From an uncultured Candidatus Saccharibacteria bacterium (GTDB taxonomy: Bacteria > Patescibacteriota > Minisyncoccia > UBA6257 > CAYRSR01): 64,000 bases of DNA. The translations under genes were made by a program, and so were the position numbers. The notes under the pieces are model-generated. The model saw only the letters and a program-made list of their open reading frames with translations, ran no database searches and was not told where the DNA came from. This document shows positions 38,153 through 48,439 of the stretch, in pieces (position 1 is the stretch's first letter; each line of letters begins with the position of its first letter). The stretch lies in assembly GCA_964427275.1 (NCBI GenBank), contig CAYRSR010000002.1, positions 1,956-65,955 of the forward strand. The letters run 5' to 3'.

Positions 38153-39061
38153 ATGAGTCAGGCTAGGAAAAATAAACCAAAAGTAATTGTAATCTTGGGA
38201 CCTACTGCTTCAGGAAAATCAGACTTAGCCATAAAAATAGCTTTAAAATTCAATGGCCAGATAATTTCTGCAGATTCAAGACAGGTATATAAAGGATTAG
38301 ATATTGGTACCGGCAAAGTAACCAAAGCTGAACAAAAATTAGTTAAGCATTATCTTCTAGATGTTTGTTCTCCAAAAAAGATATTTACAGTGGTTGATTA
38401 CCAAAGACTAGCTAAAAAGGCTTTAGATAAAATATTAGCTGATGGTAAGATTCCAATAATCTGTGGTGGAACTGGCTTTTATATTGATACCTTAATTTAT
38501 GACTTAAAATTTCCTGAAGTTGCCCCAAATGCAAAGTTAAGAAAAAGGTTGGAAAAATACTCAGCTGAAAAATTGTATCAAATACTTAAAAAATTGGATC
38601 CTCTTAGGGCAGAAACCATTGACAAAAAAAATAAAAGAAGACTGATTAGAGCAATTGAGATTATAAAGGGTGGAAAAACTATCTCTGAAATTAAAAAGAA
38701 ATCTCCATACCAATTACTAAAAATCGGAATTAAAAGAAGTCGAGAAGAATTGAAAAAAAGAATTATCGCTAGATTGGATAAAAGATTAGCCCAGGGATTA
38801 ATATCAGAAGTAAAAAATCTTCACCGCCAAGGACTAAGTTACAAGAAAATGGAGCAGCTAGGATTAGAATATCGATGGGTAGCTAGATATTTGCAGAAAA
38901 AAATAGATTATCAACAAATGAGACAGAATCTAATTAACAAAATTTATCAGTATAGCAAGCGTCAGATGACCTGGTTCAAAAGAGACAAACAAATTCACTG
39001 GATAACCAGTCAATCTGAAGCATTTCAATTAGTTAAGAAGTTTCTAGAACCCGATTTTTAA
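38153..39061 (+). CDS. miaA: tRNA dimethylallyltransferase
   Basis: P-loop ILGPTASGKS; MiaA fold; 302 aa. Confidence 0.85.
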   Translation: MSQARKNKPKVIVILGPTASGKSDLAIKIALKFNGQIISADSRQVYKGLDIGTGKVTKAEQKLVKHYLLDVCSPKKIFTVVDYQRLAKKALDKILADGKIPIICGGTGFYIDTLIYDLKFPEVAPNAKLRKRLEKYSAEKLYQILKKLDPLRAETIDKKNKRRLIRAIEIIKGGKTISEIKKKSPYQLLKIGIKRSREELKKRIIARLDKRLAQGLISEVKNLHRQGLSYKKMEQLGLEYRWVARYLQKKIDYQQMRQNLINKIYQYSKRQMTWFKRDKQIHWITSQSEAFQLVKKFLEPDF

Positions 39062-39576
39062 GTGTCAATATTTCTTGCACTTACAGTAACTTGAAGGTTA
39101 ATTTTAGCTTCTATTTGAGGAATATTTGGGACAGCTTCTAACAAAATAGTAATTCTAGGAGGAAGTCCATCTCCGGTCTCACAGCCTTTCAAGATAAAGT
39201 CTAAAAACTTAATTTGAACATTGGAAGAAGTAATTGGATAAAAATCTTCGCCAGCTTCACTCCTTTCAATAGCTTGTGAATGTAACCTATAAGTTACTGA
39301 ATTTCCATATTGATTAACAAAATCTATTCTCCCTTTTTCTGGAGAGGAAAAATTGGTTCCGGTTCTAATTTCTCTTACCATCTGCTCTAAAATTTTAGAA
39401 GCATTGTCACTAGCTGCTATTAGTGAAACTATATTTCTTTGAGTTCTCAATCCTCTGGTAAATGCTCCAGTAGCTATAGCAAAGAAAATTGTAAATAAAC
39501 CTAAGGCCACAATCATTTCTATCATAGTGAATCCTCTTTTATTTAATAATTGAAACTTAAAAATTGAAATTTTCAT
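39058..39576 (-). CDS. Minor (pseudo)pilin with prepilin-type N-terminus
   Basis: Class III signal KRG|FTMIEMIVAL; 172 aa. Confidence 0.65.
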   Translation of the reverse strand: MKISIFKFQLLNKRGFTMIEMIVALGLFTIFFAIATGAFTRGLRTQRNIVSLIAASDNASKILEQMVREIRTGTNFSSPEKGRIDFVNQYGNSVTYRLHSQAIERSEAGEDFYPITSSNVQIKFLDFILKGCETGDGLPPRITILLEAVPNIPQIEAKINLQVTVSARNIDT

Positions 39577-39579
39577 TTT

Positions 39580-40065
39580 TTATGGTCTCCAATTGAAAAA
39601 ATGACTTTCAGAATTTACTTCATATCTTCCTCCTTTAATGTTCCAGTAAACTCTAGAGTTTATTTTGACTTCATCTGGGCTAATATTTTCAATTTCAATT
39701 TTTCTTTTAAAGATAGTTTCTTCTCCGGAATCATAACTATAAATTCGGGTATTTGGATCATGCTTAAGAAAATTATCAGTAAAAGGCTCTAAAGATTCGC
39801 TATTATAATCTACCTGGTAAGTTCCATCAAAAATTCCTTCATTCCATGGTCTGAAGTTAATATAGTTAGTATCAATGATGTTTTTCACTATTTCTATTCC
39901 TTCAGCAGCTAAAAATGAACCAATGTAATTTGCTGAGATTACTTTATTTAAAGATAAAGAATGAGAGAGTAAAGTAAATATACCTCCAAAAGCAATACAT
40001 AAAATAGCTAACGATACTGCTGCTTCAATCAATAAATAGCCTGATTTTCTATAATCGTCATTCAT
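39580..40065 (-). CDS. Minor (pseudo)pilin with prepilin-type N-terminus
   Basis: Prepilin motif SG|YLLIEAAVSLAIL; 161 aa. Confidence 0.6.
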   Translation of the reverse strand: MNDDYRKSGYLLIEAAVSLAILCIAFGGIFTLLSHSLSLNKVISANYIGSFLAAEGIEIVKNIIDTNYINFRPWNEGIFDGTYQVDYNSESLEPFTDNFLKHDPNTRIYSYDSGEETIFKRKIEIENISPDEVKINSRVYWNIKGGRYEVNSESHFFNWRP

Positions 40066-40068
40066 ATT

Positions 40069-40611
40069 TTATTCTGGAGTAATTTGACCAGCTCGATTAA
40101 TTTTAATGGTAACGGTATCTTGATGGGCTAAATCTTCCAGAATAACTACTGCTTCAATTTGATCAGGAACAATTTTAGTTTTTGGCTCAGGAGGAATGAA
40201 ATTCACGCTGTCTAAAGTTAGGCTTTTAAATCTAACTCTGAAGTCTAATTGATACTTTTTAACTAACTCTGAGCTGCCGGAATATCTAAAGTCGGAATCT
40301 TTGCAATCATCAGCCAAATCCTGATAAAGAATAAAACTATTTTCTTTGGGAATAAATTCAATTCCATATGCACAAGGAAGAGTTTCCTTAGCATACATTC
40401 CCATAGCCATAGATTTAGCTCTACTTATAGCTCCAATTAACTTGGATTGTTCTCTTAAAAGTAATACCCTTCTTTCTCCAATCCGGCTAAAAGTTATAAC
40501 TACTGCGGTTAGAATTACCATAACAAAGATAACCACTAGCATTTCCAGTAAGGTAAAGCCAGACATTCGATGGTAAAGTTTTAAGTCCTGTATTGTCTTT
40601 AATTCTGACAT
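40069..40611 (-). CDS. Minor (pseudo)pilin with prepilin-type N-terminus
   Basis: Prepilin motif SG|FTLLEMLVVIFVMVIL; 180 aa. Confidence 0.65.
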   Translation of the reverse strand: MSELKTIQDLKLYHRMSGFTLLEMLVVIFVMVILTAVVITFSRIGERRVLLLREQSKLIGAISRAKSMAMGMYAKETLPCAYGIEFIPKENSFILYQDLADDCKDSDFRYSGSSELVKKYQLDFRVRFKSLTLDSVNFIPPEPKTKIVPDQIEAVVILEDLAHQDTVTIKINRAGQITPE

Positions 40612-40632
40612 AAATCTTAAAATGTTTGTTAT

Positions 40633-41505
40633 TTAGAATCCAAATGAGCTAAAGTAAAAACTCAGTATTTGATAGCCAAATAGTCCAGTTAAAACTACCC
40701 CCAAGCTGAAAAATGGACCAAAAGCTAGATAATCCTTTCTATGTTTCTTTTTAGCTAACAGACAAAATAAACCTGCCATTCCCCCAATTAAAAAGGAAAG
40801 CATTAAAGCTAAGATTATATCCGGCCAGCCTAAAATTAATCCTCCGGCAAGTCCCATTTGTACATCTCCCCAGCCCATTATTTTTTCTCTAGAGAAAAAA
40901 ACCATCCCTCCAAAAAATACCAAAGTTAATAAACTTCCAGCTAGGTGATTTAGCCAGTAACTTGAAAACTTTGTAATCATTAAACTAAAATAACCTAGAT
41001 ATGACTCAGGATGCCAGAAGATGGAAACTACTCCTAAAACTATTAAAACCAAAACCAATTCGCCTGGAATTAGTAGGTTTCTTAAGTCAATAATTGAAAC
41101 TAATAAAAGAACTAATAGAATTAAACCCCAGACAGCTGCTAGCTTTAAGTTATTCGTAAAAACAAGAAAACTAATAGTCAACCCTATACCTCCTAACAAC
41201 TCAACTATTGGATATTGCCAAGAGATAGGCTTCTTACAGTGACGACACTTTCCTTTTTGAATCAGAAAACTAAGAATAGGTATTAACTCATACCAGGATA
41301 GCCTGGTTTTACAATAAGGACAGTAAGACCTGGAAAAAAATACTTCTCTTCTAAAAACTGGCTTACCTGGTGAAAATCGTAAGCTTAATACATTAATAAA
41401 ACTTCCTAGAGTAGTTCCGATTAGAAATAGAATTAAATAGTTAAAACTGCACACAATAATTGGGGTCATCACAATCAACGTTATAAACCATTCCATCAGT
41501 ATCAT
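40633..41505 (-). CDS. pilD: Prepilin leader peptidase / N-methyltransferase (A24 family)
   Basis: N-terminal zinc-binding CPYC...CRHC between TM helices; polytopic membrane protein. The ORF 5' end overlaps the pilin gene, so the start is probably an internal Met. Confidence 0.75.
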   Translation of the reverse strand: MILMEWFITLIVMTPIIVCSFNYLILFLIGTTLGSFINVLSLRFSPGKPVFRREVFFSRSYCPYCKTRLSWYELIPILSFLIQKGKCRHCKKPISWQYPIVELLGGIGLTISFLVFTNNLKLAAVWGLILLVLLLVSIIDLRNLLIPGELVLVLIVLGVVSIFWHPESYLGYFSLMITKFSSYWLNHLAGSLLTLVFFGGMVFFSREKIMGWGDVQMGLAGGLILGWPDIILALMLSFLIGGMAGLFCLLAKKKHRKDYLAFGPFFSLGVVLTGLFGYQILSFYFSSFGF

Positions 41506-41881
41506 CAGCTAAAGCTGGGTTGTTAGAATCTTCCAAGGTAGCCCTCAACACATAGTTTTGTTTATCTCCAGATACTCCATACTCATAAGAATAATCAGGA
41601 TATAGCGGGTCATTGGAAATTGTAGTTACTCCAATTCCTGCTCCAACCAATGCTTCTTTTAAAGAAGTCCAGCTATCTGCTCCAGTAATTTCCGGGTAAC
41701 TATTATACTTAACATAATAAAGTTCCAAAGCATTCTGAGTTTCTCTTAAATCTGCTATTCTTCTAGCATCTCTACCTCTAGCTCTAAATCCACCAAGTCC
41801 TACCAAAACTACTGAAGCCAAAAGTCCAATAATTGATACTACAATTAAAAGCTCAATTAAAGTAAATCCTCTTTTTTTCAT
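41441..41881 (-). CDS. pilA: Type IV major pilin
   Basis: MKKRG|FTLIELLIVVSIIGLLASVV N-terminus; C-terminal disulfide pair CDDPNYC; 146 aa. Confidence 0.8.
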   Translation of the reverse strand: MKKRGFTLIELLIVVSIIGLLASVVLVGLGGFRARGRDARRIADLRETQNALELYYVKYNSYPEITGADSWTSLKEALVGAGIGVTTISNDPLYPDYSYEYGVSGDKQNYVLRATLEDSNNPALADDTDGMVYNVDCDDPNYCVQF

Positions 41882-41904
41882 AAAATTTATTTGCTTAGCG
41901 ACCT

Positions 41905-43116
41905 TTAAAACTTCAATGCCAGGTTGTAAATTGGCATAAGAATCGAGGCAAACAGGAAACCTACCATTACACCAATAGCTACAATTAACACTGGTTGAAT
42001 CAATTCAACTAAATTAGTTACAGCATCATCAACTTCTCGAGAATAAAAATCTGAAATCCGATTCAGCATTGAAGTAACCTGACCAGTCGATTCTCCCACT
42101 GAAATTAACTGAGAAACCAAAGGTGGAAAATAGGAAGGAGCTTTAGTTAAAACCTGAGACAATGCCTTACCTTCTCTTATCCCTTTAACAGCTTCTCTTA
42201 GTAAGTCCCTATAAACTATATTACCAATAGTAATTGCAGAAATTTCAATAGCTTGTGCCATAGGTATTCCTCCTTTAATCAAAACAGCACAAGCTGCAGT
42301 AAACCTAACTATTGAAAGTTTTCTTAGTAAAGCTCCTATTCCAGGAAGTCTTAAGGAAATTTCATCAAAAACAATTCTTCCTTCAGGGGTACGAATGTAA
42401 TCAATAACTAGAAAAATAACCAAAGCTATAACTGAGGTAACAAGCCACCACCATTTTATCCCAAATTTACCAATATAAATCAAAGCTTTGGTAAACAAAG
42501 GTAACTCCACTTTTGCTTCAGCAAAAATTGGTTCAATTTGAGGAAATACTTGAGTGACCATTAAAAGCACTACCCCGATAAATAAGACTATCACTATAAC
42601 TGGGTAAATCAAAGCTCCTCTTATTTTAGATGTCAAGACAACTTCTTTTTCATAGTAAGAAGCCATATATTCTACTGCTTCATCTATCCTTCCGGTTACC
42701 TCGCCTGAACGAACCATATTAACAAAAAAACTGGAAAAGATTGAGGGATGCTTTTCTAAAGCTTGGGAAAATGACAATCCAGCTTCAATATCAGATATTA
42801 GTGCTGCAGTAGCTTCTTTTAAATAAGGATTACTAACCTGCCCATAAAGAATTTTTAATGATCTGGATAATGAGATTTTTGATGATAATAAGGTAGCCAG
42901 CTGTCTTGAATAAATCATTAAATCCTTCCTATTTACTTTTTTAAGGAACTCTAAAATTCTCTGAATTAGTCCTTTTTTAATTCTTATTTTTTCTAAACTT
43001 AGAACATACAACCCGTGTCCCTCCAAAATATTTAAAGCAGCTTCTCGAGAAGCAGCAGTTACTATACCAACCTGTAGCTCCCCTGTTTCGGTTCTAGCTT
43101 TATATCGAAACTTCAT
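41905..43116 (-). CDS. pilC: Type IV pilus inner-membrane platform protein (GspF family)
   Basis: Duplicated GspF domain with three TM segments; 403 aa. Confidence 0.85.
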   Translation of the reverse strand: MKFRYKARTETGELQVGIVTAASREAALNILEGHGLYVLSLEKIRIKKGLIQRILEFLKKVNRKDLMIYSRQLATLLSSKISLSRSLKILYGQVSNPYLKEATAALISDIEAGLSFSQALEKHPSIFSSFFVNMVRSGEVTGRIDEAVEYMASYYEKEVVLTSKIRGALIYPVIVIVLFIGVVLLMVTQVFPQIEPIFAEAKVELPLFTKALIYIGKFGIKWWWLVTSVIALVIFLVIDYIRTPEGRIVFDEISLRLPGIGALLRKLSIVRFTAACAVLIKGGIPMAQAIEISAITIGNIVYRDLLREAVKGIREGKALSQVLTKAPSYFPPLVSQLISVGESTGQVTSMLNRISDFYSREVDDAVTNLVELIQPVLIVAIGVMVGFLFASILMPIYNLALKF

Positions 43117-43119
43117 AAT

Positions 43120-44193
43120 TTATTCTCTTTCTAGTAAAATTCTAAGTTCAGATGGATTCAAGGAATATAACTCAGCATTTTCTAAAGAAATTTCCTTTTT
43201 CCTCACCAGATTAGCCAGAGAACGATTAAGAGAAATCATGCCTTCTTCCAGAGAAGTCTCTATAACTAAATCTATCTGAAATGCCTTTCTTTCTCTGATT
43301 AAGTTACGAATAGCCGAATTACAGATCATCACTTCACAAGCTGGAACTCTACCACCTTCAATCTTAGGAATTAATCTTTCTGAAATTACACCAGCCAATG
43401 TGGCTGCTAATTGAATGGTAACCTGAGTCTGTTGAGCTGCCGGAAAACTATCAATTATCCTGTCTATTGTTTGGGAAGCAGAATTAGTATGCAAAGTGGA
43501 AAATACTAAATGGCCAGTTTCAGCAGCAGTTAGAGCTGCTGACATAGTTTCAGGATCTCTCATCTCACCAATCATGATTACATCAGGGTCCTGTCGTAAA
43601 ATAGAACGTAAGCCGGTATGAAAATCTCTAGTATCTTTACCTACTTCACGCTGAGATATTAAACATCTATCCTGAATAAGCATATATTCCACCGGATCTT
43701 CGATAGTAATAATATGTTCAGTTCTAGTATGATTTATCTCATCTAGCATTGCTGCTAATGTCGTAGTTTTTCCATGACCAGCTGGACCTACCACTAAAAC
43801 AAATCCTTGTTTGAGTTTAACAAAATTATGAATAACCGGAGGCAAATTAAGTTCTTTAATTGTTGATATCTTTCTGGGAATAAGTCTCAAAGCTGCAGCC
43901 ATAAAGCCTTGTTGAAAATATACATTTACTCTAAACCTTGCTTTATCCTCAAATTCATAAGCAAAATCAAGTTGTTTTTCTTTTAAAAACTCTTTCATCT
44001 GTTCCTCGGTTAATAAAGCTGAAACTAACCCATTAACTGCTTCAGGAGTTAAAATTGGTTCACCAGACAAAGGCATTAGTGCACCATCAATCCTTAAAGT
44101 AGGATAATAACCTACTCCCAAGTGAAGATCAGAAGCATTTTGCTTTAAGGTGGTTAACAAATATTCTCTTAATTTTTGTCTATAATCAATCAT
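43120..44193 (-). CDS. pilT: Type IV pilus retraction ATPase PilT
   Basis: Walker A GPAGHGKTTT, Asp box, Walker B, His box; 357 aa. Confidence 0.85.
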   Translation of the reverse strand: MIDYRQKLREYLLTTLKQNASDLHLGVGYYPTLRIDGALMPLSGEPILTPEAVNGLVSALLTEEQMKEFLKEKQLDFAYEFEDKARFRVNVYFQQGFMAAALRLIPRKISTIKELNLPPVIHNFVKLKQGFVLVVGPAGHGKTTTLAAMLDEINHTRTEHIITIEDPVEYMLIQDRCLISQREVGKDTRDFHTGLRSILRQDPDVIMIGEMRDPETMSAALTAAETGHLVFSTLHTNSASQTIDRIIDSFPAAQQTQVTIQLAATLAGVISERLIPKIEGGRVPACEVMICNSAIRNLIRERKAFQIDLVIETSLEEGMISLNRSLANLVRKKEISLENAELYSLNPSELRILLERE

Positions 44194-44197
44194 TTTT

Positions 44198-45937
44198 TTA
44201 AATAGTTTGTCTTAATACTTCTTCAATAGTAGTTTCTCCTCTCAGAGCTTTAATAATACCATCCTGTCTTAATGTTATCATTCCTTGCCGCTTTGCTTCC
44301 TGCTCAGCTTTTTCTCTAGAAAAACCCTGTTCAATAATTGAGGCTAGTTGAGAAGTCATTTTAAGAACTTCAAATATACCAATTCTTCCTTTTAATCCCT
44401 TACCCATACACTTGGGACAACCAATTCCTTTATAAAGAACATAAGGCCTTTGATACTTACCAAGTATTTCACTTTTTATTTTTTCCGGTAAGTTGTTTAA
44501 CTCCTGCTCAATGATATCTTGAACTTGCTCAGAAACCTGGACTTCTTTCTTACAGAATGGACAGATTCTGGCTACTAATCTCTGAGCTAGCATTAAAATA
44601 AGCGAAGAAGGTAAAAGAAAAGGTCTGACTTTTAAATCTAACAACCTCGGAATAACTCCAACAGCATCATTTGTGTGAATAGTGGACAAGAGTATATGAC
44701 CGGTTAAAGCTGCCTGAATTGCCAGGCCAGCAGTTTCTTCATCTCTAATTTCTCCGACCATGATAACATCCGGATCCTGACGAACAACTTGACGCAAACC
44801 AGAGGCAAAACTATACCCAATATCTTCTTTGATTTGAGATTGGCTAATTCCTTCAATAAAATATTCTACCGGATCCTCTAAGCTAACTACGTTAACTTCT
44901 TCTTGATTTAATTTCTGTAGTAATGCATATAAGCTGGTTGTTTTTCCAGAACCGGTTGGTCCACTAATCAAAATCATCCCGTAAGGTTTACTAAGGGCTT
45001 CCAAAGTAGCTTCCAAGTTTGGCCCCTCTAATCCCAATTCATATAATCCTTTTAGGCCCACAGTAGGATCCAGAATTCTAATTGCCACCTTCTCACCTAG
45101 AGGTGTAGGGAAAGTAGCTACCCTAAAGTCAATATGTTTTCCATAAATTACAGTTCGGAATCGACCATCCTGTGGAATTCTGGTTTCATCAAGTTTAAGA
45201 TTGGACAAAACCTTTATTCTAGAGATTATTGGGCGATGAAGTTCTGAAGGTAAACTAGAAACTTGCTTAAGTTTCCCATCAATTCTAAACCTGATTCTCA
45301 AATAATTTTGCTGAGGTTCAATATGAATATCAGAAGCCTGAACTTCTACAGCTTCTTTTAAAGTAGAAGCTACAATTTTTATTATCGGTGCTTCTTCTTC
45401 AGCAGAAATTGCTTTTTCCAGTTCTACTACTTTTTGAGTTGGAGGAGCTTTTATTTCCCCAATAACTTGTAAAGCCTTTTCAATCTCAGTCTGATATGGA
45501 GAATACTTTCTCCAGACTTTTTCTAAATCAGATGGGGTAATTAAATATACCCCTAGATTTAAATCCTCTCTTCGAGCAATAAACTTTAAAGCATTTTGAG
45601 CTCGAGTATCATCAGGATTAAGCATTCCAACAATCAAGGTATCACCTTCTATCTTAATCGGAACAACCTTATAAGTTCTGGAAGTATCTTCTGATATAAT
45701 TTTCAATAATCTTGGCTCAATTTCTTCCAGATTAAACTTCTTATAAGGCACTCCCAAATATCGACTTTTTACTTCAGCAATTTTTTGTTCAGGAATCAAA
45801 TTTCTCTCATAAATCAAATCCTCTAAGGATTTAGCTGAAGCACGAGCTTCTCTTAGTAACTTTTGTCCAATTTCTTCTTTAATCAATCTTTCTTCTCTTA
45901 ATAGATTAAAAAGTTCTTTATCTTTCATATAAAGCAA
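44198..45937 (-). CDS. pilB: Type IV pilus assembly ATPase PilB (GspE family)
   Basis: N-terminal GSPII domain; Walker A GPTGSGKTTS; tetracysteine CPFC...CPKC; 579 aa. Confidence 0.85.
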   Translation of the reverse strand: MLYMKDKELFNLLREERLIKEEIGQKLLREARASAKSLEDLIYERNLIPEQKIAEVKSRYLGVPYKKFNLEEIEPRLLKIISEDTSRTYKVVPIKIEGDTLIVGMLNPDDTRAQNALKFIARREDLNLGVYLITPSDLEKVWRKYSPYQTEIEKALQVIGEIKAPPTQKVVELEKAISAEEEAPIIKIVASTLKEAVEVQASDIHIEPQQNYLRIRFRIDGKLKQVSSLPSELHRPIISRIKVLSNLKLDETRIPQDGRFRTVIYGKHIDFRVATFPTPLGEKVAIRILDPTVGLKGLYELGLEGPNLEATLEALSKPYGMILISGPTGSGKTTSLYALLQKLNQEEVNVVSLEDPVEYFIEGISQSQIKEDIGYSFASGLRQVVRQDPDVIMVGEIRDEETAGLAIQAALTGHILLSTIHTNDAVGVIPRLLDLKVRPFLLPSSLILMLAQRLVARICPFCKKEVQVSEQVQDIIEQELNNLPEKIKSEILGKYQRPYVLYKGIGCPKCMGKGLKGRIGIFEVLKMTSQLASIIEQGFSREKAEQEAKRQGMITLRQDGIIKALRGETTIEEVLRQTI

Positions 45938-46214
45938 ACGGATTGGCTCGACCTAACTCTGGAATAGTTAATGGAGTACTATAATCACGGAGGTTTTGAT
46001 AAACTGGATTTTCAAAAATGGATTTAGAAATCAAATTAATTCTAGACATTTCGTGGATTTGTTTAAACTGAGAAGGAATAACCACTTCAATTAAAGGTGG
46101 AGTCTTAAAAAACAGAAAATACACACTCGCACCTAACATCAAAAATATAATTAATCCAGTTACTATTTTTTTAAAATCTAATCCAGGTTTAGGTTCTTCT
46201 ACAACTATAGCCAT
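45918..46214 (-). CDS. Small single-TM protein inside the pilus operon (PilP-like or lineage-specific component)
   Basis: 98 aa with one TM helix; lies between the pilO-like gene and pilB. Confidence 0.4.
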   Translation of the reverse strand: MAIVVEEPKPGLDFKKIVTGLIIFLMLGASVYFLFFKTPPLIEVVIPSQFKQIHEMSRINLISKSIFENPVYQNLRDYSTPLTIPELGRANPFALYER

Positions 46215-46216
46215 AA

Positions 46217-46783
46217 TTATTGAGCTTGATAATAAGTATCGACCGTTAGCTCCTGAACATATAAGTTTTCTTCCGGAACATCTGCTTTTTCCATCTTTAT
46301 ATTAATTAAATCATTAAGCTGAATACTAGTCTCCAAAATCTCTGAAAATTTCTTAATTGCCTCATAAGTTCCAAAAATCTTCATATCAAAACGGAGAGTA
46401 CCTATTCCTTTAGCTATCGAACCTTTTTTAGATGGCTTTATTCCTAATATCTTAACTGACAATGAATTAATTGATACCCCACAGGATTCAGCAACAGTTT
46501 GATATAAGTGAATAGCCTGCGGGATGCTTTCCTCAATTGGTAAAATCTTAGATAAGATCTCTTGCTGCTTTTGAATGTTCTCCTCTTGCTGAGCAACTTG
46601 CATAAATTCCTCAATTATAGAAGTTTGCTCAGTAAGCAGTCTAGTTTGACTTAAAAGCTCTCCTTTTAGTCTCACAATCTCCTGATAGGAAGGAATAACC
46701 ATCTTAATAAATACCAGTATAGCAGTAATGATAAAAATAGCTGAAAGTAAAATTAATAAAATTCTTTTAACCGAAGCTTTCAT
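46217..46783 (-). CDS. pilO: PilO-like pilus assembly protein (single TM plus coiled coil)
   Basis: N-terminal TM, coiled coil, C-terminal alpha/beta domain; gene order after pilN. Confidence 0.55.
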   Translation of the reverse strand: MKASVKRILLILLSAIFIITAILVFIKMVIPSYQEIVRLKGELLSQTRLLTEQTSIIEEFMQVAQQEENIQKQQEILSKILPIEESIPQAIHLYQTVAESCGVSINSLSVKILGIKPSKKGSIAKGIGTLRFDMKIFGTYEAIKKFSEILETSIQLNDLINIKMEKADVPEENLYVQELTVDTYYQAQ

Positions 46784-47340
46784 ATTTTTTGTTCAAATTT
46801 AAACAATTGTTCATTAAATAAAATCATAGTTGAGAAAGTTATTCCTTCTTCACCCTTCTCTGATTCATTTAATACTACTTGCTTTATTAAAGGATTTTGC
46901 TTAAAGACCAGAATCTGTTGAGCTAAATTCTTGTAGGAAAGAGCTATGCCTTCCAGAGTCAAATAATGTTGTTTTAAGTCAGCATCAATTTTAGTAAGAT
47001 AAACCTCTTTTAATATATTTTGCTCCAAAAATGAGAATAAATTGGATGGTTTAATGTGATTTCTAAACAGTTCCTGTACATTAACTAGTTGGGAATAAAA
47101 ATTTATAAGATTTTCTCTCTGTTCGGAGGTTATCCTTTTTTCCAGCTCAGTAATTCTTTTTTCCACCGACTTTAATTCTGAATTTAAAAATGACTTATAG
47201 CCAAATTCAAGAGAAAAATAAAGAACCAAAACCAGTCCTAATCCTAATAAAGAAAACCAGAATAATCTCCAGGGCAAATAGACCGGAATTTTCTCTGGTT
47301 CCAAAAGATATTCCTTTCTAGTTTTCTGATAATCTATCAT
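46780..47340 (-). CDS. pilN: PilN-like pilus assembly protein
   Basis: Short cytoplasmic N-terminus, single TM, periplasmic coiled coil; immediately downstream of pilM. Confidence 0.55.
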   Translation of the reverse strand: MIDYQKTRKEYLLEPEKIPVYLPWRLFWFSLLGLGLVLVLYFSLEFGYKSFLNSELKSVEKRITELEKRITSEQRENLINFYSQLVNVQELFRNHIKPSNLFSFLEQNILKEVYLTKIDADLKQHYLTLEGIALSYKNLAQQILVFKQNPLIKQVVLNESEKGEEGITFSTMILFNEQLFKFEQKI

Positions 47341-47347
47341 AAGCTAA

Positions 47348-48439
47348 TTATATAAACTCTCTAAGGCCAAGTCCAATTGATACTGCTAGGGACGAACCCA
47401 AATCCTTAAGAGCTGGTTCTACTTCTTTTGGATAATTAATTTTACTGATAAAACTTTCAGCTTTAACTGGGACTCCAAGCTTTCTTTCAAAGTATTCACT
47501 TATTCCTAACAATTTAGCTCCCCCACCGGCTAAAATTATCCTTTCTGGCTTCCGACCTAAATTTTCCTTCAGGTAAGCATTTCGAGTTCGTTCCACATCT
47601 TTTATTATAGCATCTAAAATTGGGGTAATCAAACTAGATAGCTCTCTATGCTCTTCTCCACCTAATAAACCATAGCGTTTTTTAAGGTTTTCCGCTCTAT
47701 TTATGTCTATTCCTAATCCTCTGGCTATTGCCCTGGTTAAAGAATTTCCAGCAAGGTCAGTTCGCTCACTATACTTCAAGGCTCCATTGTCAACTATAGT
47801 AATATTGGTAACACATCCACCAATATCTATCAACATGGTTGGAGTAGAACCAATACCTGCTGCTCGAACTAAACTGAGACTTTCTATCTCTAAGGCTACT
47901 AACCTTAACCCAGCTAGTTTAAAAATCTGTCGGTAGATTTCGATTCTTTCATTGGGCATAGAAATAATAAATATCTGCTGTTTTTTTATCCCCCTTTCTT
48001 CTCTCTCTCCAACCTTTAACCAGTCAATGGTTACATCAGAAATTGGTAAAGGAATATACCTTCGGCATTGAAGCGGAATAGCTTTTACCAAGTCACTTTC
48101 AGGCATCATTGGAAATTCAATAAGAGTAGTAAACGCAGCAAATAACGGCAGACTAGCTATAACATCAGAAGTTTTAACATTAGCTTTTTCAAATAAATAC
48201 CTTAAGGTTCTAGCAGTTTCTTTCTTTAAAGGCTTAAGAGAACTGGTTTGAATAGCATTATTTAATCTTTCCAGATAACCATAGGTTTCCAGATAACCAT
48301 AATTTTTAAGATAAGGTCTTCCTCTTACTGGAGAAATTTCAACCAGTTTTAGAGTAACTGTACCTATATCTACTCCTAAATAACTTCTCTTTGGTTTAAA
48401 AATTTTAAATACCATAACAAGGAAATATTTGACTTGCAA
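47348..48439 (-). CDS. pilM: Type IV pilus assembly ATPase-like protein PilM (actin fold)
   Basis: YLGVDIGTVTLKLVEI... actin-like fold; 363 aa. The start may be the internal Met at ~48415. Confidence 0.8.
   Translation of the reverse strand: MQVKYFLVMVFKIFKPKRSYLGVDIGTVTLKLVEISPVRGRPYLKNYGYLETYGYLERLNNAIQTSSLKPLKKETARTLRYLFEKANVKTSDVIASLPLFAAFTTLIEFPMMPESDLVKAIPLQCRRYIPLPISDVTIDWLKVGEREERGIKKQQIFIISMPNERIEIYRQIFKLAGLRLVALEIESLSLVRAAGIGSTPTMLIDIGGCVTNITIVDNGALKYSERTDLAGNSLTRAIARGLGIDINRAENLKKRYGLLGGEEHRELSSLITPILDAIIKDVERTRNAYLKENLGRKPERIILAGGGAKLLGISEYFERKLGVPVKAESFISKINYPKEVEPALKDLGSSLAVSIGLGLREFI

Noticed and set aside
39601-41242. Small plus-strand ORFs inside pseudopilin and pilD genes (39601-39792, 40346-40576, 41021-41242)
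   Set aside because: They are opposite-strand artefacts, with hydrophobic low-complexity translations of TM-coding DNA.
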